Origin: Lingula anatina | Lineage: Eukaryota; Animalia; Brachiopoda | DNA length: 64,000 bases | Assembly: GCA_051362555.1 (NCBI GenBank) | Contig: CM120640.1 | Location: 53,174,788-53,238,787, forward strand | Reading direction: 5' to 3' | In this document: one piece after another, positions 39,196-51,800 of the stretch | Position numbering within the stretch: the stretch's first letter is position 1 | How the letters are laid out: each line of letters starts with the position of its first letter | Notes under the pieces: model-generated | What the model was told of the DNA's origin: nothing | Databases searched by the model: none | What the model saw: the letters and a program-made list of their open reading frames with translations, nothing else | Translations under genes and position numbers: made by a program

Positions 39196-40512
39196 AGTCT
39201 AAATCTATTGCAAACTTTAAAAGTAGGGATTCAAGTTATCTTGTATAAGAAATAAATAAATTACAATGAAAACACATCTATAAAGATCAACCCTGAGTTT
39301 TTTTCTTCTTGTTACATAATCTTCCTGATGTTAACCTTTATGATGCACTTTCAACTCCGCATGCCTTTTACATATAGCCTACATCACATATCCTAGTAGT
39401 TTATTATTCTTATTTTGGTCACAGAAGAAGGCACCCAAGCCCAAAGTTTGGGGACTCTCGTAGTTGATCTTCATAGATGCACTTAAAATGTAATTTATCT
39501 CAACTTTTTAAAGAAGTAAAATGTTAGTCATCAAAAAATTGACAAGAAATGCCATATATTGTTTTTGTACAGAGAAATTCCCAATCCTTAATGGAAAGCT
39601 GAATTGTTTTAGATATCAGTAGTTAGTAAGCAAGAACAGCTTTCAAACATATCTTTAATTTTTTTTACTCATCTCAAAATATCCAAGTGAAAGCAGGAAA
39701 TAACAGTAGACTTACCATTTCCGGCACTCCTCCAGATAATGCTGCATTACAAAGGCTGGCATCCAAGTCTACATTTCGCTTCCAAGTATGAATTACTACA
39801 AACTTTGAAAGAAAATTGAAAATTTCTACTTAATGTTTTCTGAACAATATTACAATCCAATAAAGTAGAAACAAAAAATGACACAAATACTTAATCTGAA
39901 CGGTGATAAAAAGCATCAGTCTTCAATCTAGATTAATATCAAATTGATGGAGAATATACCTACCAAATGGAAAAATCTGCACAAAACAAAAACCAAAGAT
40001 TGAGATTTCCACTGTGTTTTTCACTTTGAATCAATTATGACAAAACCAATGCTGATGACAGTCATTTATTTTAAAACTATGCATCATATAACAGTTATGA
40101 AAAATACTATATCTTTTATTCATTTTCACACAAAACTTAATTTGACTGATTTAACAAAGTTTAAAATAGACTTGAGGGATTTAGCCCATGTGGACTAATC
40201 AGTGAACTTATGACTCATGTGAAAGGATCCATGACAAATCTTTGCCATATAGTTGTATTAGTTTGGTTAGGTGCATTGCCATTCAACTTTGTCTACATGT
40301 ACTTTACTAAGCAGTTTTTAAATCTATGTAAAGTGATCATTACAAATTTAATTAGCACTTTGTCATGACTGTTGTTTTATTTCATCTTTTTCCTTCCAAT
40401 CTCAGATTCATAATCCGGACTATCAGAAAAGTCATCATATGGTTATCATAAGAATGTTTCATCCTGCTACAGCATAACAACAAATCTAACTGTAGTGTAT
40501 TTTTTAACGTCA

Positions 40513-40708
40513 TCATTTTCCTTTCTTTTCTTTCTGAAATTGAAATAAAACCTATTAAAATTAACAAAGAAGACAAAAAGCATATTTCTTACTATTACAT
40601 TGCTAAACATCAAATAAAGAAATAAAAAATAGATAATAATATAATATTCCCACACTCAAAGAGCACAGTTATTATAGAAATACAGTTGGATGCAAGGTGA
40701 AAATTTTG

Positions 40709-40756
<48 letters not shown>

Positions 40757-41154
40757 AAATTATATTTTACTTTGAGAATTTCTTGAAGTTCTGCTAATGC
40801 ATTTTTGTATGGTTCCACTAATGCTTTGTAGTCTGACTTTCTCAGCTTCATTTCTGACACACTAGTCTTCCCTGCCTCTTTAATCATCTTCTTGAAATGG
40901 AAAATCTGAAAATATGAGGAAGCATGAGAAATAATATTTACATTGCAATGGATAGGTATTCAACAGAACAAGCAGTCTTCTTTTGGCAGCTTTTATCTAA
41001 AACAACTGAACAATTTTATGGCCATTTTCAAAATCAAAGGTGGAGAAGATTAAATAAGGAGACCAATATAATATAGGCTAATAGAATTAAGAAAAACATC
41101 AAAATGTCAACAGAAGAGAAATATGAGAAAAATATCCAAACAATTTGAAAAAGA

Positions 41155-41232
<78 letters not shown>

Positions 41233-44200
41233 CGAACAACCATTGTTGTCTATTTACCACCTACATTACAACCTACCTCCTTCTTTTCACACAGAGAGAC
41301 AGCTGTTCCCACTTTCCCAGCTCTGGCAGTCCTCCCTACCCTGTGGATATATGTCTTTATATATGGTGGAGAGTCATAGGACAGCACATACTGGACATTG
41401 TCCACATCCATACCTCTGGCCATGGCATCAGAGCAAACCAAGCTGTCAATAATGGTTTAAATATGTTAATTCAGGATATCATACTTAATTCTGTGTCCTA
41501 AAGACTTATACTTTGTTTTATGTGTGTTGATATTGTGTGTGTTTGTGTGTGTGTGTGCGTACATATACCCGGCAAGCGTGTGTGCATATCTGTACACATC
41601 CATCTATGTAAGCTACTCTAAGAATTATTCAAGACATCAAACCAATAGTTTTAATGTTTTACCTCTGTTGCCAACACGGCAGAAATTATATATATATAAT
41701 TATTATTTTCATTTTTATTTCCACGACGTTCTTATGTTTATTCAGATCGTGTTAGATGAGAAACTGCTAACACTGCTCAATTAGGTAAAATGTGTTCAAT
41801 TATTCATATGGTCAGCTGTATAAAAGGCGATGTTGCATGTGATCTGCATGGTCATTTATTACTTACTGGCAGAGTGAAGGTATGGTTTGATATTCCATGT
41901 AGCTTGTGTAAAATTTATATATTTAATATAGTGAAATTTAGATTTCACTTTATATGGAAGTATTTTGTGTAATTAACATAAGTTTACAAGTTTTTCATAA
42001 TCATAATCAGTAATGTAGGCTATGGGTATTGTGTTTATCAAAGTGTATGTTGGTATGGGTGTAGCATTTTCATGAACAACACGTACATGTATTTTTACGT
42101 TATTAATAAATTACAGTAACAGCTCAGATTGTCATGACCGTCTCTGGGCAGCCAGTTGGCAGCAGAGAATGAGTATGGATATTGTTTTAGTGTAAGTGTT
42201 TGAAATTAAATAATTAGTGAAGTAAACTTACACATTTGTAAAGATTGTTTTTTTTTAAGATCACATAAATTTTAGTTATTTAGTATATTTAGTTTATCTC
42301 GATATTTCACTGTATTGTTATTATTTTTTTTCTTTTTATAGTTTTCACCAGTTTCTGTTCAGTTCTAATTCAGTTCTGTTCAGTTGAATTGGGCTGTGAA
42401 CAGTGCATGCTGTGTGAATAAACGACAGTCATATCCAACTATGTTTCTTCGTTTTTACTCGTGGTCCGCTACAACTTCCATCATAAATCAAGTTATTCTC
42501 TAATACTTACAGATCAATTTTCCCAGCTGCAAATTGTTTGAGGATGCGGTTTCTCTTGATGGCATGCAAACTAGAGGAGAATTCTCGCACTTCTAGACCA
42601 CCTACGAGTTTGACAAGTAGAAACAATCTGAAAAAAAAACAAGGCAGCAAAGCTGTCAAATGTACAGACAAAAAGCAGGAAATAACAATGCAAAAAATAG
42701 GCTACTGTCAATTCTGATGTAAAAATACATTATGCTTAACTACAAATTCAACATCAAATTTTTATTATGCTCAACAGGTAATACCAATGTAAGTAAAATG
42801 TGTAACAAGCATAAGGCTTCAGGCCCATGGGAGTTCAAGTTCACACTTTGAAAATGCCAGAATGAGAAAAATGAAAATTTCACACAAAATTGTATAATTC
42901 AATAATAAATGACAACCCAATTGAGCTGGCTTTCTAATTTGAACTGCATGCCAATCTTAAAAATCATACTTGTAAGTTAAAAATAAGAAGTAACACAGTT
43001 TTCTTTTAATAATTTTTGTAGTAGCAGTGCAAAACAATTTCTGTCCATTTTGATGTAACATTACGTAATATATTACAGAATAATTATCACCAATTTTTGA
43101 TTATTGACTACAAATAGCATGGACATGTAGAAAATTTGATTACCATTCAGCTTCATGTCCATGGGAGCTCCGAGTCCCACAATGAATATGCCAACACGAA
43201 AAAAATGAATATTTCACTAAAATGTATAACTTCCAAAAAAAGAAGCCAATAAGACTGCTTTTCCAACTCAGGCTGCATTTTAGTCCTATGTTTCTTTTTT
43301 GAAAGTTTGACAATCATAAGTAACATGGTTTTCCCATAATGGTCATCTTGGCAGCAGCACCAAAAATTGTGTTTTCTTCTATTTTAATGCAATATTACAT
43401 AATGCTTAACAGCATAATGACCATCAACTTTTAATAATAAAATATATGTATAATGGATTTTCAGAAAATGTGACTAGCATGGGTCTTCAAGCCCGTGGAG
43501 GTTCTAAGTCACACTTTGAAAATGCCAATATGTGAAAAGTTAAATTTTCACAAAAAAAAACTGTTTAATTGCCAGAAAAAATTTACCAAAAAGATTGCAT
43601 TGCTTACTGAAGCTGTATTTTAGTCCCGTGTTTCTTTCCTGTAAGTTTAAGAACAGTAAGTGACATGGTTTTCCTTACATGGTCATCATGGAAGCAGTGT
43701 CCAAAATAGGGGTTTCTTCAAATTTTGATGCAATATTACATAATGTTTAACAGCATAATGACCATCAATTTTTAATAATAAAATATTAGTATCATGGATA
43801 TTCAGAAAATGTGACTAGCAAAGGTCTTCAGGCCCATGGAACGTCAAAGTCACACCTTGAAAATGCCAAAATGTAAACAAGACAGCACTGTTCTGAAATG
43901 GGTGTTTTCCCATTTTTAACAATTTTTTAACATAAAACAAAATTAACAGTTTACTGCCATTTTTATATGATCAACTAAGAAAATTGATGAGATAGGAAAA
44001 ATATCAATAGAATAATGTTAAATGTCCAATTTCCTCCAGTCTGAGATTCTGAACATAGTGAATGATTCAATCTGACAAACTGAAATGATATGAGTTTATT
44101 TCCATTTTTGAAACTTTATTACACAATGCACGATAACAAGTTTACCATCATTTTTACAAAATCAACTAACAATGTTGTAAAGATGCAGGATATGTCAAAC

Positions 44201-45019
44201 AAACACTTTTACGTATCTTATTAGTTAAATAATGAGACTGTTAACATGCCTAAGAATTGAATCTGAGGAAATTTGAAAAAACAGCATAACTTCTAAAATA
44301 ATGGCCCGATTATGCTGATTTTCGAACTCAACCTGTGTTTTAGTAAGATTGACCACTACTGTGAGTTTAATGACAATTGGTCTTTCTGTTTTTCTTATAT
44401 TGTGTTTACAGTGTTGCATATATGCTGAAAAATGAAAAAACAGCATAAGTACTAAAATAGTGGCCCAATCATGCCGATTTTCGAACTTGACCTGCATTTT
44501 AGTAAGATTGAGTACTCCTGTAAGTTTCATGACAACAGGCCTATTGGTTTTCCTTTAAATGTGTTTACAGTGTTGCATATATGCTGAAAAGTGAAAAAAC
44601 AGCATAACTTCTACAATAATGGCCCGATCATGCTGATTTTCGAACTTGACCTGCATTTTATGAATATTCATCAGATCTGTAAATATAAAGCCAAAAAGTA
44701 AAACTGTGTTCCACTTATCGTGTTTACAAGGAAAGTGCACGGCGACGGCATCGGCATCGGCACCGGCATCGGCATCGGCATCGGCGACGGCGACGGCGAC
44801 GACAGACGCAGGTGATGGCAATATGTACAGACACATCTGTGTCTGTACATAAAAATTAAATTCACCTTAATGTAATACATTTATTTTGCAAAAAAGGTAT
44901 ATAAAATACTTACACATAATAGAACCTTGTGTTATCCTGGAGTGTGCATGTACACACAAGAGAGTACACACTGGTTAACTGGGCTTAACCTTATGATTAT
45001 ATTCTACCAGGATGAAAAC

Positions 45020-45103
<84 letters not shown>

Positions 45104-48100
45104 ATTTTTGGCCATAAAATGAATTTTTTCCTGGGGTAAATGACAATTTTACCATACTTACCAATGGTTAATGAATCCATTTTTACATTCAAGGTTTGTC
45201 CCTGTTTTTTTTTTTTAAGTTTGTTTTGTAGTAATAATCTCTTAAGAAATTATTGCAGAGTAAGGACATCTATGGAGGTCATGTGGTCCGATGACAAGCA
45301 CAGATTTCAGAATAATTGCTATTATAGTTGCCATTTTTGTCTATGAGTTGTTTACAATGTATTTATAGTGAAATATCTCATATGAAGAGTTGTTATCCCT
45401 TTAATAAAGCAGTATTCAAAATTGATTTCTTTGGAGTCCTTTTACACTTTTGTTACAATGCATGTGTCAATTCAATGCTCTCTGACAGACTGATACCTGT
45501 GAGTGGCCTCTACTGAGTTGGTAAAGCACAGGACATGTCTGAACTTCAAATGGTGCATCAAGTGGAGAACAACAAGTGGTTTGTCTTGAGCTGCCACCTG
45601 GATGAAATATTCCTATAAAACAGAAAGTATATAGCTCAACAGATACCAAGAAACTTTCTATTCACTCATTCAGCATCTTTTCCAAGACCATAACATGACT
45701 GAAACCTCAGCAATTAAAACAAATATACTTGAAAATAATAACTCTAACTAAGCTTAAATCATTTTCTCTATATACAGGAAAAGAGGTCATTTCCTAAATT
45801 GCACCCTTAAAATTGGGGCAGAATATTGTAATATTAACTTTCATTTATACTCAGTAAAGGAGAATAAAAAGGTTATAAACTAACACTTAATCCAACAGGT
45901 GTAGTGTATTTTCCAACAAAGCCACCTTCTATCCTTGCCAGTCCATCTTCCTCTCCTGTTTTCTCTAAAATATAAAAACATTCACATGCTTACATGTAAG
46001 TACATGTAAATAACTTTCTATTTGTGGCAATGCAAGGCAGGTTTTAATGAGCTAAAAATTATGTTGCTTCATTTTCCTGTTAAAAATAGAAATAGGTTAC
46101 TAAGATGCACAACTTGGTTCTAGCAGAAATTCATGCAAATGTTTAAAATATAATAAAATAAACTTGATACATATGGCGTGACAAGCTTTCATGTTATTGG
46201 GCAGAGAAAAAATTAAAGGAGAGTGAAAATCAAGGTTTAGCATAAAAGTAACACAAATGTATTATAAGTATCTGTACTGTCACCTGATGTCAAATTAACT
46301 GATTCAATTTCCACCCGTTCTTTTAAACCTGCAGTAAACAGCTTTGGTTGAAACAAATTAAGTTGCTGGAGTTTCTCTGGGTTCTGAGAAAGTGTGGCTG
46401 AGAACAAAAGCTTGTGTAGCTGTGGAAAGAAAGAAAAACTACTGATTTTCTTCACATAAAAAAAGCTGGCATATGGTCTTGATTATTGCAATCTGTGATT
46501 AACAATTCATTATTAAAATATCTTTTTATTTTACATATAAATGATTAAATGAAAATAATTGTATTGATTAAAACAAATCAAGCAATAGAATATTCAAGTT
46601 GTGAGATTCAAAAGATTCTACAGTTGATACTTCAAAATCAATATACTTACTGGCATATCTAGTCTACTGGCACTAAAATGAATAATTTAATGTTATGAGT
46701 TTTAAACAAATCATGCAAAATATTCTAAGAAAGAAAAACTAAAACTGATGTTCTACTAAGGCTGAAAAACATCAAATAATTCACAGATTTTCAAGATATA
46801 AACAAACTGGAACAATATTGACACAATTGTTTTACCAAATATTTTTGAAAGACTTTTAAAGCTTCAAGTGACAATTCCTGTATTATCTTGAACTCTATAC
46901 CATTAACATACTTTATGGTTTCTATGGGTAGCCATAGCATAGCCCTACACTTTTCCACATTGTAAAGAGTAGCATACCCTCAGGGACCCCAGTCCCTCGA
47001 TATTTATGACAATGCCTGGGTCCTATATACATAAAATTGTTGCAAACGATCTTCATAATAGCAGCTTAAAAAGTATTGTTGAAAAAATGCTTGATGTAAA
47101 GAGAATCACCCCACACACGCACATAAATTATGACTGACCCATCCTTATTCCTAATGATAAGTGTATCAATCCCAAAAAGTTTTAACTTCCTTGCTATAAT
47201 GACCTGGGAGGAGTTAGCAGAAATAACAATGTGAAAAGAATAAAGAATCAACCACCCCCAGGGAAAGCCCAACCCCATGTTGCACTATAATTCAGAAGTG
47301 CCAATGCACATCCCTGATGATAGATCTATCAATCCCCCAAGTTTCAACTAACTAACTTTAATGGCCAAGGAAGAAATAATGGAAATTACTAATGCACAGA
47401 TGGACAGGATAACATGACCCCTGACTTTTGTCCCAGAAGTGCAGGGATGATAATTCTTACCTTGCAGCATTAAGAGCACCTGGTTTGGTCCGATGTTCAT
47501 AAACTGCAGTCTCCACTCGAGTTAACCAGTCTTGCTTTATCTCATCCATCATACGATCAGCTTCATCTATTACCTGAACCCACAGAATTTTTTTTCATTT
47601 ACTGTTAGCACTCACAAAATGGATATCAGCAGAAGGTACTGATTTTCAATTAATAAGCACTATAACTATTATTTTTTATCTATTTAATATATTAATTTTT
47701 TGAAAACTGAACAACAATTAACTAACATTGAAACTACTTTTAAGTAGTCTTAAGTCAACATTTTATAAGCATCCTGAACAAATACACATTGTTACAGTTG
47801 TATTCCCAAAATTAAAAAAACTCATAGAAAAAAGCTCCACCAAGGCAGCTGAATTATTATTATCAACTAATGAACCACCATCAAATTCTAACAAATTTTA
47901 AACTGAAAAATCCTGTATATCAGATAAAATATCATTCTTAATTCAATCCGCAACTCACCAAAAACTGTAAGTGTTGCAATGTAAATCCAGGTGTGAGATT
48001 AATATGGTCCACCAATCTCCCTGGAGTTGCTACTAAAATGTCTACTAAACTCTGGAAACCTCTGTGACTGCAATAAAAATGTAAAAAAAGTTTAGTGTAT

Positions 48101-48782
48101 GGTAATTAGGAACAAGGAAAAACATTTCTTTGAAACTATCACCTGTGAGAAGATGAAATCTGACAGAATTATAATTACTAATTATGTAACATTGACTTAC
48201 AGAGTAACATACTGACCTTTTCTTTGCGATTGTTGTCTGTTCACTGCCCAGTGTCTTTTGACCAATGATCAAACCGACCTGCAATACATATCTTTATTAC
48301 AACACTAAACAGTTATAAAAATGAAGTTTTTAAATAATTATGATGTCTTAAAACCCTTCGTACAAGTTCTGATACAATTTTATTTAATACCATAATATGT
48401 TTACAACTAGACAAAGTTTAGTTGATACAGTACATAAATATTCCTCCACATTAATCTTCTCTAAAAGTTTTTCCTTTACCTTCAGTTGTGTGGCAGAACA
48501 GTAAGTCTGAAACACCTTGTAAACTTGTGTTGCTAGATCCCTGCTTGGTAGAATTGCTAATGCCCGTATTTGAGGCACAACACGTGATTGTAGAATCTGA
48601 AAGAAAAAAAAAAGCAACAAGCTGTACATAATAATATTCATGGAAGCAATAAATAAAGCTATCATACTAAATATAAAAATAAAAGCCATCATACTAAATG
48701 TAAGAACTATTACATGCACATTCTTTCCTGTTTCAAACTTCTACTTTTCTAAGAGAAAGAATAATATATAAAATCATAATTG

Positions 48783-48879
<97 letters not shown>

Positions 48880-51800
48880 TGATGTTAAACCACTTGAAAA
48901 TACCTTTTTAAATGAGATCTGTAATTAAATTCAAAGCAACTATATTATATTTATCATTAGTTAATAAAAGTAAGGCCACACTTTTTTATTTTTATGGATG
49001 ACATCCTCTGGGGACCCCAAAATCGGTGCGAGAGGGAGAAAAAAAAAACGGGCCAAAAAAAAAACTGCTTAAGTAAGGGAAATCTGTCAGTACACAGCTA
49101 GAAACACAAATTTACCACAGAAACACGTATCAAACTAACAATATGTCTTTATCCATGCTCTCAGAATATTAAATCATTATGAACACTATACAGAAATGTT
49201 TAAAAAAATATTAATACTATCAAATCTGTTAAAGGTTATTTCAGTCGATGCCATTATGTCTACTTCGACACACACGTAGCAGCCAAACTGTCGGGTGGCC
49301 TGTCCGACCTAAGCTCAAGCCCACCAAATACCTCGACGCCCTTGTCGACCTTTTTTTCGCTACAAAAAAAAAAAAAAAAAAAAAACCCTGGTAGGTGTTG
49401 CTTTGGACAGAATGTCACTGAAATTTTCTGGGCGATAATCGCTGGCCGCCGCCAGCCTTTCGTTTAATTGTAAAAAGGTGATATCTCCATGCCCAATATC
49501 AGTGGCATACCAGTCCAAAACAACGGCCCCCGTTCTCTTTATGACTTTAATTGTTGTGTAATTTGAAAGTAATCCTAGAGATGAATTTGACGGCAAAGCG
49601 ACCATATTTCCACGTGGCGATAATACGCATGCGCAGAAAGCGCATTTTCCGGCAAATTCAATAATGACGTTTGCGACAACCGACTTCGTTGGGGGTGTTT
49701 TTTTTTCCGGAGAACGGACGGAAATCGGTGCGCGCGCAGGATGTCATCCATAAAAATAAAAAAGTGTGGCCTAAACAGTTAACTGACTGAGAGAGTAAGT
49801 AACTAAGTAAACAAATTATTTATATTTGAACATTCCAATTCTACCAAAGAAGTAAAATAATAACCTGTACAATAGGCAACACAAATGCCAGTGTCTTTCC
49901 ACTTCCAGTAGCAGCAGAACAGCAGATATCACTTGGCCTGTATCCTGCACGTCCCATACCATACTCCACAGACTGAAGGATAGCAGGGATAACACTAGCC
50001 TGGACTAATAAATACAAGTGTGTCTATGGATTAATATTCACTATGATTCCTAATATATTTCAGACATGCATGACCTTTACAATTTTATTCCTTTTGCAGA
50101 CATTGGAAATTCTTAACTTAAAATTTTAACAAGGCAGCAAAGCTGTCAAATGTACAGACAAAAAGCAGGAAATAACAAAATAGGCTACTGTCAATTCTGA
50201 TACAAAAGTACATTATGTTAAACTGCAAATTCAACATCAAATTTTAATTATGCTCAACAGGTAATACCAATGTAAGTAAAATGTGTACCAAGCATAAGGC
50301 TTCAGGCCAATGGAAGTTCAAGTTCACACTTTGAAAATGTAAAACTTCCAGAAAAAGAAGTCAATTAGACTGCTTTTCCAACGTCAGGCTGCATTTTAGT
50401 CCTGTATTTCTTTTTTGAAAGTTTTGCATTCATAAGTAACATGGTTTTCTCATAATGGTCATCATGGCAGCAGCACCCAAAATTGTGTTTTCTTCTATTC
50501 TGATGCAATATTACATAATGGTTTACAGCATAATGACAATCAATTTTTAATAAGAAAATATACCTATCATGGATTTTCAGAAAATGTGACTATCATGGGT
50601 CTTCAAGCCTGTGGAACTTCTAAGTCACACATTGAAAATGCCAATATGTGAAAAATTAAATTTTCACAAAAAAATGTTTAACTGGCAGATTGCATTGCCT
50701 ACTGAAGCTGTATATTATAGTCCCATGTTTCTTTCCTGTAAGTTTGAGAACAGTAAGTGACATGGTTTTTCTTAAATGGTCATCATAGTAGCAGTGCCCA
50801 AAAATAGTTTTTTTTTTTCAAATTTTGATGCAATATTACATAATGTTTAACAGCATAATGACCATCAATTTCTAATAATAAAATATTAGTATCATGGATA
50901 TTCAGAAAATGTGACTAGCAAAGGTCTTCTGGCCCATGGAACTTCAAAGTCACAACTTGAAAATGCCAAAATGTAAACAAGACAGCACTGTTCTGAAATA
51001 TTTTTTTCCACATTTTTAACAATTTTTAACAAAAAACAAAATTAACAGTTTACTGCCATTTATATATGATCAACTAAAAAAATTGATGAGATGGGAAAAA
51101 AAATCAATAGAGCAGTGTTAAATGTCCAATTTCTTCCATTCTGAGATTCTGAACATAGTGAATGATTGAATCTGACAAACTGCAATGATATGAGTTTATT
51201 TCCATTTTTGAAACTTTATTACACAATACACAATAACAAGTTTACCATCATTTTTACAAAATCAACCAACAATGTTGTAAAGACACAGGCAATGTCAAAC
51301 AAACACTTTTACGTATCTTATTAATTAAATAATGAAACTGTTAACATGCCTAAGAATTGAATCTGAGGAAATGTGAAAAAACAGCATAACTTCTAAAATA
51401 ATGGCCCGATTATGCTGATTTTCAAACTCAACCTGAGTTTTGGTAAGATTAACCACTCCTGTGAGTTTCATGACAATTGGCCTATCTGTTTTTCTTATAT
51501 TGTGTTAACAGTGTTGTATATATGCTGAAAAGGGAAAAAAACAGCATAACTACTAAAATAGTGGCCCGATCATGCCGATTTTCGAACTTGACCTGCATTT
51601 TAGTAAGATTAACCACTCCTGTGAGTTTCATGACAACTGGCCTATATGTTTTTCTTATATTGTGTTAACAGTGTTGCATATATGCTGAAAAGTGAAAAAA
51701 AAACAGCATAACTTCTACAATAATGCCTCGATCATGTTGATTTTCGAACTTGACCTGCGTTTTATGAATATTCATCAGCTCTGTAAATATAAAGCCAAAA

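Noticed and set aside
41034-41452. ORFs containing (IY)n runs
   Set aside because: Translations of the (TA)n microsatellite and the antisense of DDX51 exon 14.
44270-44700. Regularly spaced repeats superficially like a CRISPR array
   Set aside because: Whole ~160-bp units are similar, with no unique spacers. The context is eukaryotic with no cas genes.
44225-44880. ORFs with ADADAGADA or PMPMP repeats
   Set aside because: They derive from the HINE tandem units and hexamer microsatellite, with no Rep/helicase or other domain.
44927-45192. ORF with ESTH (resembling DDX51 VEATHR) and (TH)n/(CV)n runs
   Set aside because: Wrong strand and driven by the (CA)n tract. The true exon is 45497-45612.
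49360-49605. 81-aa ORF inside the Harbinger-like element
   Set aside because: No DDE or Myb/SANT motif is recognisable, and it ends in a poly-T-derived Phe run.
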